64,000 nucleotides of DNA from Trichosphaerium sp. ATCC 40318 (Eukaryota; Protista; Tubulinea). Under the pieces are notes generated by a model. That model searched no databases. It saw nothing but the letters and a program-made list of their open reading frames with translations, and was not told the DNA's origin. This document shows positions 27,699 through 37,715 of the stretch, piece by piece. The DNA lies in contig JALMLS010000471.1 in the NCBI GenBank assembly GCA_038496445.1, positions 62,001 through 126,000 on the forward strand, in the 5' to 3' direction. The position numbers were made by a program, and so were the translations under genes. Each line of letters opens with the position of its first letter. Within the stretch, counting starts at the first letter, position 1.

Positions 27699-29053
27699 TT
27701 ACACTTTGTCGAGACTTTTAGGACCGTAAAGGTTATTTTGAGCCGGATACATACGATTTAATCTATCACCACAAAATTTGCCTAATACACAACATGTAAA
27801 TACCTTAGAAGCGCCAACAAGTACAGTATGTTCTCCATCAAGAACAAAATTATACAATCCATCTGACACTCTCATTTCAGCTTGATACAATTCATCTGGC
27901 CTGTACCTAAAACAACCCGACATAAGTACTAACGAAAAAACAAAAAAGTGATCTGCGATTTGTTTAGGAGAGTAGTAACATACCAATCGCCTTCAACAAA
28001 AACAGGGTGACCTCTTGTAATCCAAAAGTCTCCAAGTTTAACCATTAACTTTTTTACTTCTTTCTTGGTACACTCAACACGTGTTACTATTTGATTAGTA
28101 TCAGCTCCTGTAATAACACTATCTCCAACATTGATATATTTAGCTCTCTTCATAGAACCATCAGACATATGAATCAAGGCATTTCCATCAAAGCACGAAG
28201 GTCCAGGAGCACGGATGACAAGCTCAATTCTATTACTTTTTACAGTCATACCCTTCTTTGTTGCTGAGATATAAAATCTCATCCTGTAGTTAACATACGT
28301 GTCTCCGTACCTGTATACTTTGACAATGTACATTGTATCTTCATTTTCCTTTAATAAACTATCATCAAGTGACATACTGCCTTGTTTATCACCATCAGCC
28401 AGCTTAGCTCTTTCGTTATCTGGTAGCATAATAATTCTTCCTTCAACACTTCTCGGAATAACAGAGTGACAATAATTTATCGGATCACTAGTAATATGCA
28501 AAGTATAGGTTGTATTTTTGTCTAAAGGTTTATCAACAACGAATTGTGCACTAGCTTGATTTTGCATTTTCGCATTCGAGATTACAGGAATAGACGGAAA
28601 CATTGATATTTGGTACAAAGCTAGGTTGTACAAGCGTAAATTTGTGGCAGACACAGCGTACAGTGTGTCAAGGCTGAGAAAGCTCAGAATATGTATGAGT
28701 GCATCATCTGACGCCATCAACAGCGAAGCGGGTAGCTTAACAGCGCCTGTAGCCGATATTGATGGTATTTCGGCTTTTTTGATGTCATTTGGGCTTGTTT
28801 GCTTTGCAAGAACAATCACATTGTCGTGAGGTGTACTAATAGTATCGTCCTTTGTGGCAACAGTGTTTTCTGTTTGTTTTAGAATGATTTGATCTAATTG
28901 TTGTACCAGTCGCGTATTTGAGAGGTTTATAGCATTTTCTAGTCGTTTTAAGAGTTGTTGATGCTGGTCCACTGTAAATTTGCTGAATGCTTCTGTGTGG
29001 TTCTCACGGTAGTATTTTATCGCTTGTTCAACTGTAACACCGGAGAAATTCAT
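27699..29053 (-). CDS. F-box + Hint (Vint-type) domain protein, 2 exons
   Basis: F-box LLMASDDALIHILSFLSLDTLYAVSATNLRLYNLA. Hint block A PGPS/CFDGNALIHMSDGSMKRAKYINVGDSV and block B WITRGHPV. A phase-2 intron (gtatgt...tttag) joins GDW to YRPD...LYNFVLDGEHTVLV...TCCVLG. Confidence 0.88.
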
Positions 29054-29094
29054 TATTTATTGGCGTGAAAGAGAATAATTATCGGTTTTATTTA

Positions 29095-29637
29095 AGGGGG
29101 CACGCTGAGATGTGCAGAAATTGTTCAAATCGGCTCAAATTTTCGTGCCTATATCTTTGACATGAGGGCTTTTGAAAAACCCAACTTTTAGCGTGTGCCT
29201 TTTTGTGAGGTTTTTTTGTTGCAAAAGTTGTTTTTTTTCAAAAAACGACTGCATTTTTTCAATCTTTCTGTTTAAAAGCACATTTGTTCAAAACTACGTT
29301 ACCCATAGCATCTACACACGTAGTACATGCTATGGGTACACTTTCAATAAAAAGTCTCAATTTGAAAGCAAAAAAAAATAACGAATTTGCTCTACACCAC
29401 CTAAAATGCGTCTCCAAGTGGTGCAATAGCGGACGAATAGCTTTAAAAGTTGTTTCAAATCCGTGTAATTAAGGTCAAAAAGTTGAGAAAAAAAATGACA
29501 TTTCGGGCTTTGAACTCAAGTAATCAATCTACACAGTTCGCTATCCTATTTTTTTAGCGTTTTACGCGATTTTAGATGGGTTTAAAGCCCGAAGATGCCC
29601 GTGGGGCTAAGGTCATTCCTTTCTCAGCGTGCCCCCT
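29095..29637. mobile_element. MITE of about 540 bp with perfect 16-bp TIRs
   Basis: AGGGGGCACGCTGAGA at 29095 and TCTCAGCGTGCCCCCT ending at 29637, flanked by TA/TA (alternatively TTAA/TTAC). No credible coding capacity. Confidence 0.9.
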
Positions 29638-30362
29638 TACTTAATACACCTACCACCCTTAAACGGACTTCACAAATTCACTTAACATGTTGACATAAAA
29701 TCTTAACTTAACTCGGAAAAAATTTGATTAATTACAGTACGCTACGTAGTTCTAAAAAGCGGAATTTGAGCGCATGCACAACCACTGTTTCTTTTTTGTT
29801 GCAAGCGTTTAAGCCAACGTTACGTATGCTGAATTAGCACGTGTTTTTCTAAGCTAGCTGGCTTAAACAGCGTTAAAGCTAAACAAGAAAAGTAACAAAG
29901 TGCTGAAAGCTGTCTTGATATGAATTTGTTATTGTATATCACAGTCGTTATAGCAGCTTTATTTGCTCTAAACGACTTTAATTGTGTATGGAACAATTCA
30001 AAACTATCGTATACATTGACTAAGGTGAGGGTTTATCCACAAACAGCTTTTTACAACTGAAAAACAAAAATAACTAAAATATTTAATCAATAATGCTCTC
30101 ATTGTAGGTGGCTCTCAAGGCAACCACAAATTCTTCACTACAGCGATTTGAAGAGAACTCTAATTCATTAAAACCTTGCGTATTTATATATGGAGCTAAG
30201 GGTAATCCAATTGCTAAGGGGATTAAATACGTTGGTAAATACGTTAGTAATGCAGCTAAGAAAGCAATGAAGAAAAAAAAGAAAGCTGCAACTAAAAAGA
30301 AAGGAAACGAAAAGAAAAAGAGCAATAGCGAGCATAGTAAGAATAAACGGGGAAGTACTAAA

Positions 30363-31723
30363 CTCCTTACGTGTAGTAAAAAAAAAAGTTACGTGTAGTA
30401 AAAGTATTTCGTCATTTATTTTTACTGATGTGATCTTTTGTGTACAAAGTTACATTGAATAGCAAGCTAGCAGCCTTGCGCCTACTAGTGGTGAATTTCG
30501 GCGTTTTATCAGGTGTCATACTGTCGATAATGGCATGTAAAGATGTTAAGGTCAGTTTCATAAGACCTTGTATCATGCGACATTTCTCATTTTGCACCCG
30601 ACCCTTTTCAACATTACACCATGGCAGCTGGTTGGCCTTATCCACAGAGCAAAATTTGGCCTTATAAAAGGAATGCAAAAAGGCTTTGTCAGTTCTGGGA
30701 CGGCCTACAAATAAATCAAGCTCTTTTTCTGCATTTTCAAGTAGATTTGGATTTGTGGCTCGAAGAATGCGATTGATCAAAACAGGCTTGTAGCCATCTG
30801 ATTTAAGTAGTAGCTCCTTGCATATAGACTGAAGCTCTGGTTTGTGTTTGGATTTTAGAGTTTCCTCTGTCCATCTCAATATTTTTTGTTGTTTTTTTGC
30901 TTGTTGCTTGCTGCAGTTGTAACAAGACCATGAATCGCCCTCAACGTTTTCCTTGTGCTCCTCAGAATCCCAATTAAGACATTCAGTGTGATACCAAAGT
31001 TCACAATCAAAACACAAAATCATTTCAGGTCCATCAATTTCTTTGTTTTCAAATTTACATTCATCTATGCAATGATATTCAACAGCATCAGGGAGGGGTT
31101 TGAGAAGGATTTTTTCTTTCTCCTGCAATACTTTAACATCTTTTAAAGAGAGTCCACTCTGATTCTAGTTCATACAGCCACAGAATTCCAAAATATTTCA
31201 TAATCTCAGAAACAGCTATTGGCGTCTTCCAAAATGAATTTGACTTGACACCTTTTTTTGTTCAGGCAGTGTATATAATACCTCGTTGAGCTTCAGAGCA
31301 TGTTGCAAGATATTCCCAGACTCTTATCAAAACCAGCTTTGAACAAATAGATTTAACTGAGTAATTTCTTATATTCCCTCTGTCAAACAACGCAAAATTA
31401 GGTTCTGATACTTGAACTTGCTTTGACTCTTTGATGGAGTGGAATTCCTCATTTAACACTTCCCAACCTTGTTGTTTTACTTTGAAAAGGCTCTCAGAGA
31501 TTTGTACTAGATAGGCACGCTGTTTGGCAGCGTTTTCTTTGCTACGGTTGTAGTCTACGGGCTTTTTCTGCAGCTCTTTTTGCATTTTGCCTGTATGCGT
31601 TATTTTGCACTTTGGCGTACAGAGCGCTGATGTCCATCACGTAAAAAGGTATGCAGGCACAAAAAGAAGACGTTTTGCTAATATTTACTACACGTAAAAA
31701 AAATTTTTACTACACGTAAGGAG
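30363..31723 (-). mobile_element. Non-autonomous DNA transposon (1361 bp) with about 45-bp TIRs and a CTAAA direct repeat
   Basis: Left end CTCCTTACGTGTAGTAAAA...TTACGTGTAGTAAA; right end TTTACTACACGTAA...TTTTACTACACGTAAGGAG. CTAAA at 30358-30362 and 31724-31728. Confidence 0.92.
30412..31128 (-). CDS. Transposon-borne ORF: PHD finger + SAP domain + piggyBac-like transposase C-terminal fragment
   Basis: C4HC3 PHD (CIDEC...CFDCELWYHTECL...WSCYNC); SAP (ELQSICKELLLKSDGYKPVLINRI); FYKAKFCSVDKANQL resembles the piggyBac YN..MG.VD..DQ motif. The upstream piece 31262-31585 is separated by stops. Confidence 0.7.
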   Translation of the reverse strand: MQEKEKILLKPLPDAVEYHCIDECKFENKEIDGPEMILCFDCELWYHTECLNWDSEEHKENVEGDSWSCYNCSKQQAKKQQKILRWTEETLKSKHKPELQSICKELLLKSDGYKPVLINRILRATNPNLLENAEKELDLFVGRPRTDKAFLHSFYKAKFCSVDKANQLPWCNVEKGRVQNEKCRMIQGLMKLTLTSLHAIIDSMTPDKTPKFTTSRRKAASLLFNVTLYTKDHISKNK

Positions 31724-31871
31724 CTAAAGATAAACATCAAAAGGGTCAAGCAAGAAAAAACCGTGATCAAAAAAGAAAACAAGAGCTTTGAATGACAGGA
31801 AAGGTCAATTGCTTTTCATCTGATCACGGTCGTAGTTTGTAGTGTAGGCATTTCATACAACAATAAACCAT

Positions 31872-33421
31872 ATTCAAGTTTTACTAATATTTTCTAGAAA
31901 GTGAGTTTTTAGCACTTTTAACAGATATAGCAAGATCTGACTTCTGTCAAATGGTGTAGATCTATCACAATGTGAACTATTTGTGTTACAAAGTTGTCCT
32001 TCATTGTATGACTTGAAAATTTTCAATGTAAGTTTCAACAGACCATGTAAAATGATCGCAGCATTTTACCTACGCAAACTGTACACGGTAGATCAAACCA
32101 CAGAAGTGTTCAATGCGCTAAAAGCGAATTAAAAAGGTATGATGTCCTACAAAGCTATTGCATTACCGCCAAATACGGTATGAATCTCTAACACTGTTTG
32201 CTTTATGTTTTGCTTCAAAAAATCAACGTACGTGTATAACTTACTAGCGCCTACCCCACGCTAACAAAAGCGCTAAAGGCAGTGTAATAACGTTAAAACC
32301 TCAAAACACCAGCGCTGCTGTAGGCTTTGTAAACGCCGCCAGGAGTCAAATATGTAATAAATTTTTTTGCTGTGGGTTTGTTAAATCATGTGGGTTTGAA
32401 ACGGTTGGATTCACTTGCAGGCGTGAGGGTAGCTCACATTTAAAATATGACAATTTGCAAGATCTGTCAGAAGTCAAATCCGTCAGATCTGATAGATCAG
32501 GCAGAAACTGGATTTTTTTTGCTAAAAGTCAGTCTGTCTCAAAACTTGCATGAAACAGACAATACCTCTAAAATTGTTTTGATTAAGTACACAATCCACA
32601 ATCACGTTTTGGTACCAGTTCTCGTAAAAATGGAAACTCAGTCGCTTCTCAGTATTGTCTGTTTCATTCAAGTTTTGAGACAGACTGACTTTTAACAAAA
32701 AAAATCCAGTTTCTGCCCGATCTGTCAGATCTGACAGATTTGACACTTCTGACAGATCTTGCAAATTGTCATTATTTTAAATGTGATCTACCCTCGCGCC
32801 TGTCCAGTGAATCCAACCGTTTCAAACCCACGTGATTTAACAAACCCAGAGCAAACTTTTTTATTTACATATTTGACGCCTAGCGGCGTTTACAAAGCCT
32901 ACAGCAACGCTGGTGGTGTTTTGGGGCGGTTTTGACGTTGTTACACCTTCATTGCTGCTTGGATGCTACCATAGCGCTTCTGTTAGCGTGGGGTAGGCGC
33001 TAGCGTAGCGCTAGTAAGTTACACACGTACGTTGATTTTTTGAAGCAAAACATACAGCAAACAGTGTTTGAGGCATTCATACCGTGTTTGGCGGTAATGC
33101 GATAGCTTTGTAGGACATCATACCTTTTTAATTCGCTTTTAGCGCATTGAACACTTCTGTGGTTTGATCGTACCGTGTACAGTAGGTAAAATACTGCGAT
33201 CATCTTCCATGGTCTGTTGAAACTTACTTTGAAAATTTTGCCACAACTTACCGTAAGGTACCTAAGTCATACAATGAAGGACAACATTGTAACACAAATA
33301 GTTCACATTGTGATAGATCTACACCATTTGACAGAAGTGTCAGATCTTGCTAGATCTGCTAAAAGTGCTAAAAACTCACTTTCTAGAAAATATTAGTAAA
33401 ACTTGAATGAAACATACAATA
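31872..33421. mobile_element. Long inverted repeat (arms of about 700-770 bp, 86-bp spacer): two inverted MITE copies or a foldback element
   Basis: 31872-32565 is the reverse complement of 32652-33408 with scattered substitutions and indels. The right arm has its own 24-bp TIRs (32653-32676 and 33398-33421). Confidence 0.93.
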
Positions 33422-33488
33422 AAGGATTTTTTTTTTGTTGGTGTATTTCTATTCGAAGTAGTTATTATAACGTGAAGCAATCTCTCAA

Positions 33489-34268
33489 TGAACACGACGC
33501 CTTTCTTATTCCTTGGTCTATCTTCTTTATTCGCGTATACACTCTAACGCGTTTGTTATTGAAATTGAAGTGAAGCGTTCGAAATACGCTCAATGGCTGA
33601 TCCAACTCCGCCCCCAACAAAAGTTCCTGATCGTGGTGATTGATTCTTTAATCACAGCGAAAGGGGAAGACATACCAGGATTTGAGTATCACTTGGTTTC
33701 CGATACAACCACTATTTTAGGCTGTACGAAAAAAACCATACACGATTATGCGAAACTAATAATCTATTCATAGGATGTGATAATCCTGAATTTGAAACTC
33801 ATCCAGAATCATAGGAGTACAACGCTGGACTTGATAGAGTATCATACATACCTTTTCATACGAGAAAGATAATCTCAGTTAATCCTTACGCTTGCGAAGT
33901 TGTACGTCATATTTACCATATTATTAAATTCGTTAATGGATTTTAAGGATAAAATATGTCCCACCACTGTTCCAATGGCGTTGGTTACAGATAAAGAGAG
34001 TGGAAGAATGTTTTCACTGGGATTTGGATCAACTCTTTATGACGTTGATTTTGGTAATTGTAAAGTTACTCCTATTTGCTACGGCAACTATGGTGGCACG
34101 TGTTTTATGAAAAACAATGACAAGTTTATTTAATACTAATAGCTTAATGTAGATGGAGAAATCATTGACGGTACTCTATATATTGGTCGTGGCCCTGTGG
34201 TAGTTTTGCCCGATTTTCTATCTGTATCATGTGAGTCATCACGCGCAATTGACGTCCATGCGCAATGA
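33489..34268 (+). pseudogene. Decayed multi-exon gene, possibly a secreted beta-rich protein
   Basis: Coding-like fragments (MALVTDKESGRMFSLGFGSTLYDVDF, DGEIIDGTLYIG) with in-frame stops (HPES*EY). Family not recognised. Confidence 0.3.
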
Positions 34269-35007
34269 TTGGTAAGCACATACAAATAGTGGTGTCATGT
34301 AATTGCTGTATAATTAAGTTAATTTCTTTATAGGTTTAACAGCAATATCATCAACCGATATAGTGTAATACTGAAACATGTATATTTGCCATCATTCCGC
34401 CCTAAGTATTGTGTTAAAGTTGAATTATAGACTTGTTGTTTTACATCTGTTCAATCCTTGCCAAACAATTTGAAGTGGCTTTGTAAAGCGGTGGTTTAGT
34501 GATTACAAATATCTGTGTAAAGCATCAATCGCCCAATCTAGAGGCGCTATAGACTGATGTGGTACTGGTAAAACAAGAGGCATTGTATCATTATATACTT
34601 TGAGATGTGAATATGGTAGCATGTTATACTGTCAAGCGGGGATGTTTAGTGAGTCACACGTTAAATTATGCGTTGGACGCAGTGATTATTTTGATGTGTA
34701 CAATTCACAATGGCAACGTTTCATCCAAATCAACATGAAAACAACTATGAACACAAAAGTTGTACCTTTGAAGCATTCCGCTTTTTGATTTTTGTGCATC
34801 AGTGAGTCGTTGATACCATGACAATACCTACAAGATAGAAGCTTGAAGCTAATTGTTAATACATAGTTAAGGAGTATTGGTCAATTTGTAAAGTACAACC
34901 TACAACTTATGCTAAGATTTGGGTATGACGGTAATAAAGGCATTAAAAAAAAAGGTGTATACCAAGGAGCAAACTTAAAACTGGTTTTATTCTATGCTGC
35001 ATTAAAA

Positions 35008-35349
35008 TCACATGATTGTCTTTACAAATCCCATGCCAGTTTCAGTATTTGTTAATGTGAATCCCCTGGCAATAAAGAACTTTCCAACAAAAACATAAAG
35101 TGAAGGCGTGGTGTCATAAAGCTGGCTGCTTGTCTGTATTGCAGCTCTATATCCACTGATACAATACCTTCCCTCTTTTGGTACCTGCGTAACTTTTAGC
35201 TCCTTCTTTACTTTAAACGTTGACTCAGGTGAAGAGGTATTCTGCGGAAAACCGCGTAACCTTTCCATAAATTCGTCCAAACAAGGCTTTGCATCGTCTG
35301 TTAGGTACATACGATCAAGTCTAAAGCTATTGAAAGGATTAGCAATCAA
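35008..35349 (-). CDS. Hypothetical protein (last exon of a small gene)
   Basis: 113-aa ORF with ordinary globular composition and an acceptor-like start (gctaat...caatag). Upstream exons unresolved. Confidence 0.3.
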   Translation of the reverse strand: MIANPFNSFRLDRMYLTDDAKPCLDEFMERLRGFPQNTSSPESTFKVKKELKVTQVPKEGRYCISGYRAAIQTSSQLYDTTPSLYVFVGKFFIARGFTLTNTETGMGFVKTIM

Positions 35350-35620
35350 AGTACGTACAATAAGATTCTTGGCTTACTTAGCAATAATAAACTCTATACG
35401 TGATTCCATAAAGCGTTTATAAGACTATTTTGAAAGGTATACCTCACGTGCTTGTCGAAGTTTTCGTTAGTCAAAATCACGTGCGTGCTCATTTCGAATT
35501 CACAAAGTCAACAAACTTCTCTTGTATATTAATCCAGATCAGATGTTACAGTATGAGGTTGGCTATGGATGACATTTCAATATCAAAGTCACGCTGTAGG
35601 CAACAACAGCGTACAAAACC

Positions 35621-36108
35621 GTGATTGGTAATTTGCCAACTTTTTTTGTCAATTTGTCAATTCTGTCAACTATCTCTTACTATGTAGTGCAGGTAAGATG
35701 TGTGCTTGTAATAGGTAGTGATACCTCCAATAATATTCTGGTGTCATGGCATGGAAGTACACCAACTTAAATAAATTTTATTGACTTTTAATTTGTTCTA
35801 TTATGTACATACATTTATTTTGATTTATAACGGCATATAAGTCCACTGAGGGGTGATTTTCAGTATCTGAAACAATTGAAAATGGTATTGTCGCTGAAAA
35901 AAAGTTTTGTCAACAAAATATTACACGTGGTCACACCTTTACCCAAAGCCAAAATCAGAATTCAAATACTATTCCATTGTCTTACATGTATCCAATGTAA
36001 CTGTAGTCAAGTCAATCAACAATATAGCATGGTCAGAGTCATTGATAGCGGATTGACAAATAGTTGACAAAAAAAAAGTTGACAAAAGTTGGCATTTTCC
36101 TAGTCACC
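35621..36108. mobile_element. MITE of about 490 bp with imperfect TIRs and an 8-9-bp TSD (MULE- or Merlin-like)
   Basis: TACAAAACC at 35612-35620 and 36109-36117. Ends GTGATTGGTAATTTGCCAACTTTT and AAAAGTTGGCATTTTCCTAGTCACC, with subterminal TGTCAA/TTGACA repeats. Confidence 0.85.
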
Positions 36109-37715
36109 TACAAAACCACAATAAAAAGCCATTTCTTTTTGCATTCTTTGTCGTTTTTAGACTTACTTTATTAACAAATCAATTGTTTGAGCACTATTCC
36201 TTGTGTCAGCTACCTCTTCGTACACAGCATGTAACCATAAATGCACCATGTTCATTTGTTTTGTTGTAATATCACAAATATGGCCAAGCTGTTAATGTAC
36301 CGTTGCAGTTACTTTTTTACTTGCATATTAGCAGTATAACCTTTGCTACTGTCCATTCACTGAGGGTGTAAAGTTGTTTTATAGCCAAATATGTGCGTAT
36401 ATATTGGGTATATGGTTGGCATGGAGAGTAAAAGATTGGTAGCCAACGGACGACCAAACAGAAACTCTTTTGGCAGAACCAAATAAATTAGTGCCAATTC
36501 AGGTACCTGGTGTACCATATTCTGGGTGGTTGCGTTAGTAGTAGTGTGTTTGCACTACTTTTGCGAACTTCAGCGGCATGTTAAAGTTCTAAGACACGTG
36601 ACATTTTCTCAGAACAGGCGATTTTTTTGTCTATCGTGGCTAAATCAATGTCGCTAAAGTAGACCCGTGGTAGCATATCCACTGTGGGAAATATACGGAA
36701 TTCTTAGTACCCTTAATTTTTAAGAACGGATGAAAACACTATGACCCACAGCACAATTAGAGAACTTTTCAAAACCATCAAACGTGCTCCACAAAAAAAA
36801 CTTGTACACAGTGGCAGAACGTGGCTCAAAAATCAGCAACACAACTTATATTCTGTGAAAAGGGCTATAACCAAAGAGCAAACATCTTAACTTGAGAAAC
36901 ACCATGAGCTTGAATGTATGTGTCTCTCCAAAACTATTTGTTAACAACTCTGTAGATTAACGACAAAGACACCGGCAAAGGGATTTGGAACTGGATGGTA
37001 AATGCTGTTGTTGAAGAGGTTGATGAAGAGGAACATCAGCATGAATATAAAATGAATGCATACGCCAACAAGGATGGTAAATTGCTTGGTGGCGGGAAGG
37101 GATTTGGTACGTTGATTTGTTTTTCGCAGAAAAATGAGAAAGCCACTCTTGTACCACCACTTGCTGCTCGGCAAAACGCTATTGTCTAGTATAACTTTCT
37201 GTAGGAGCTAGTATAGGAGAGGCTTTATGTTGTTTCTTTTGTACTCCATGCTACGCTTGTTCAAAAGTACGAAAACGCTTTTATCTATCCTGATCTTTTT
37301 CTTGTTGATTGTATTTCTTTGTTTAGTGCTCTGAAGGTGATACCTCAACAGGTGAATGCCTTTGTTGTTGTTTTTGTACCCCATGCTATGCAATATCAGA
37401 GTGTTGTAAGGACGATACAGTTCAACAATTGTGAATACTTGAAATAAAACTACTAAGATCCATTAATTTTAACTTCCACAACAAGTGTATTTTTTTTTGA
37501 ATTTTGCTTGGCTAATTTTATCGTTTATCTATGTGCACGTGATACTTATGGACCAATAGTCCAAGCATACTCAAGTGCCTATCGGTCTTTAGTCGAGTAT
37601 TAACAGCACTACTCAGATTCGTAAATGTCTCTACAGCAGTGACTTAAAGATTGTTCAATGAAACTAAGGCTAAAAACAGAATTGTGTTCTAGTGCATTGC
37701 AACCATTGGTAAAAC

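Larger units (their letters stand above)
29920..31791 (+). pseudogene. Secreted cationic peptide gene interrupted by a TIR transposon
   Basis: Exon 1 MNLLLYITVVIAALFA...LTK, intron gtgagg...ttgtag, exon 2 VALKATT...EHSKNKRGSTK. After removing the element and one TSD copy it continues in frame DKHQKGQARKNRDQKRKQEL* (TGA ends at 31791). Confidence 0.8.

Noticed and set aside
27699-28200. Self-splicing intein or homing element
   Set aside because: The Hint domain is C-terminal, lacks the terminal His-Asn plus nucleophile and any endonuclease, and is interrupted by a spliceosomal intron.
32447-33203. Short ORFs on both strands with matching peptides
   Set aside because: They are a by-product of the inverted repeat and have no recognisable domains.
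36700-37200. Coding-like fragments (e.g. YANKDGKLLGGGKGFG)
   Set aside because: Broken by stops with no recognisable family; too weak to call.
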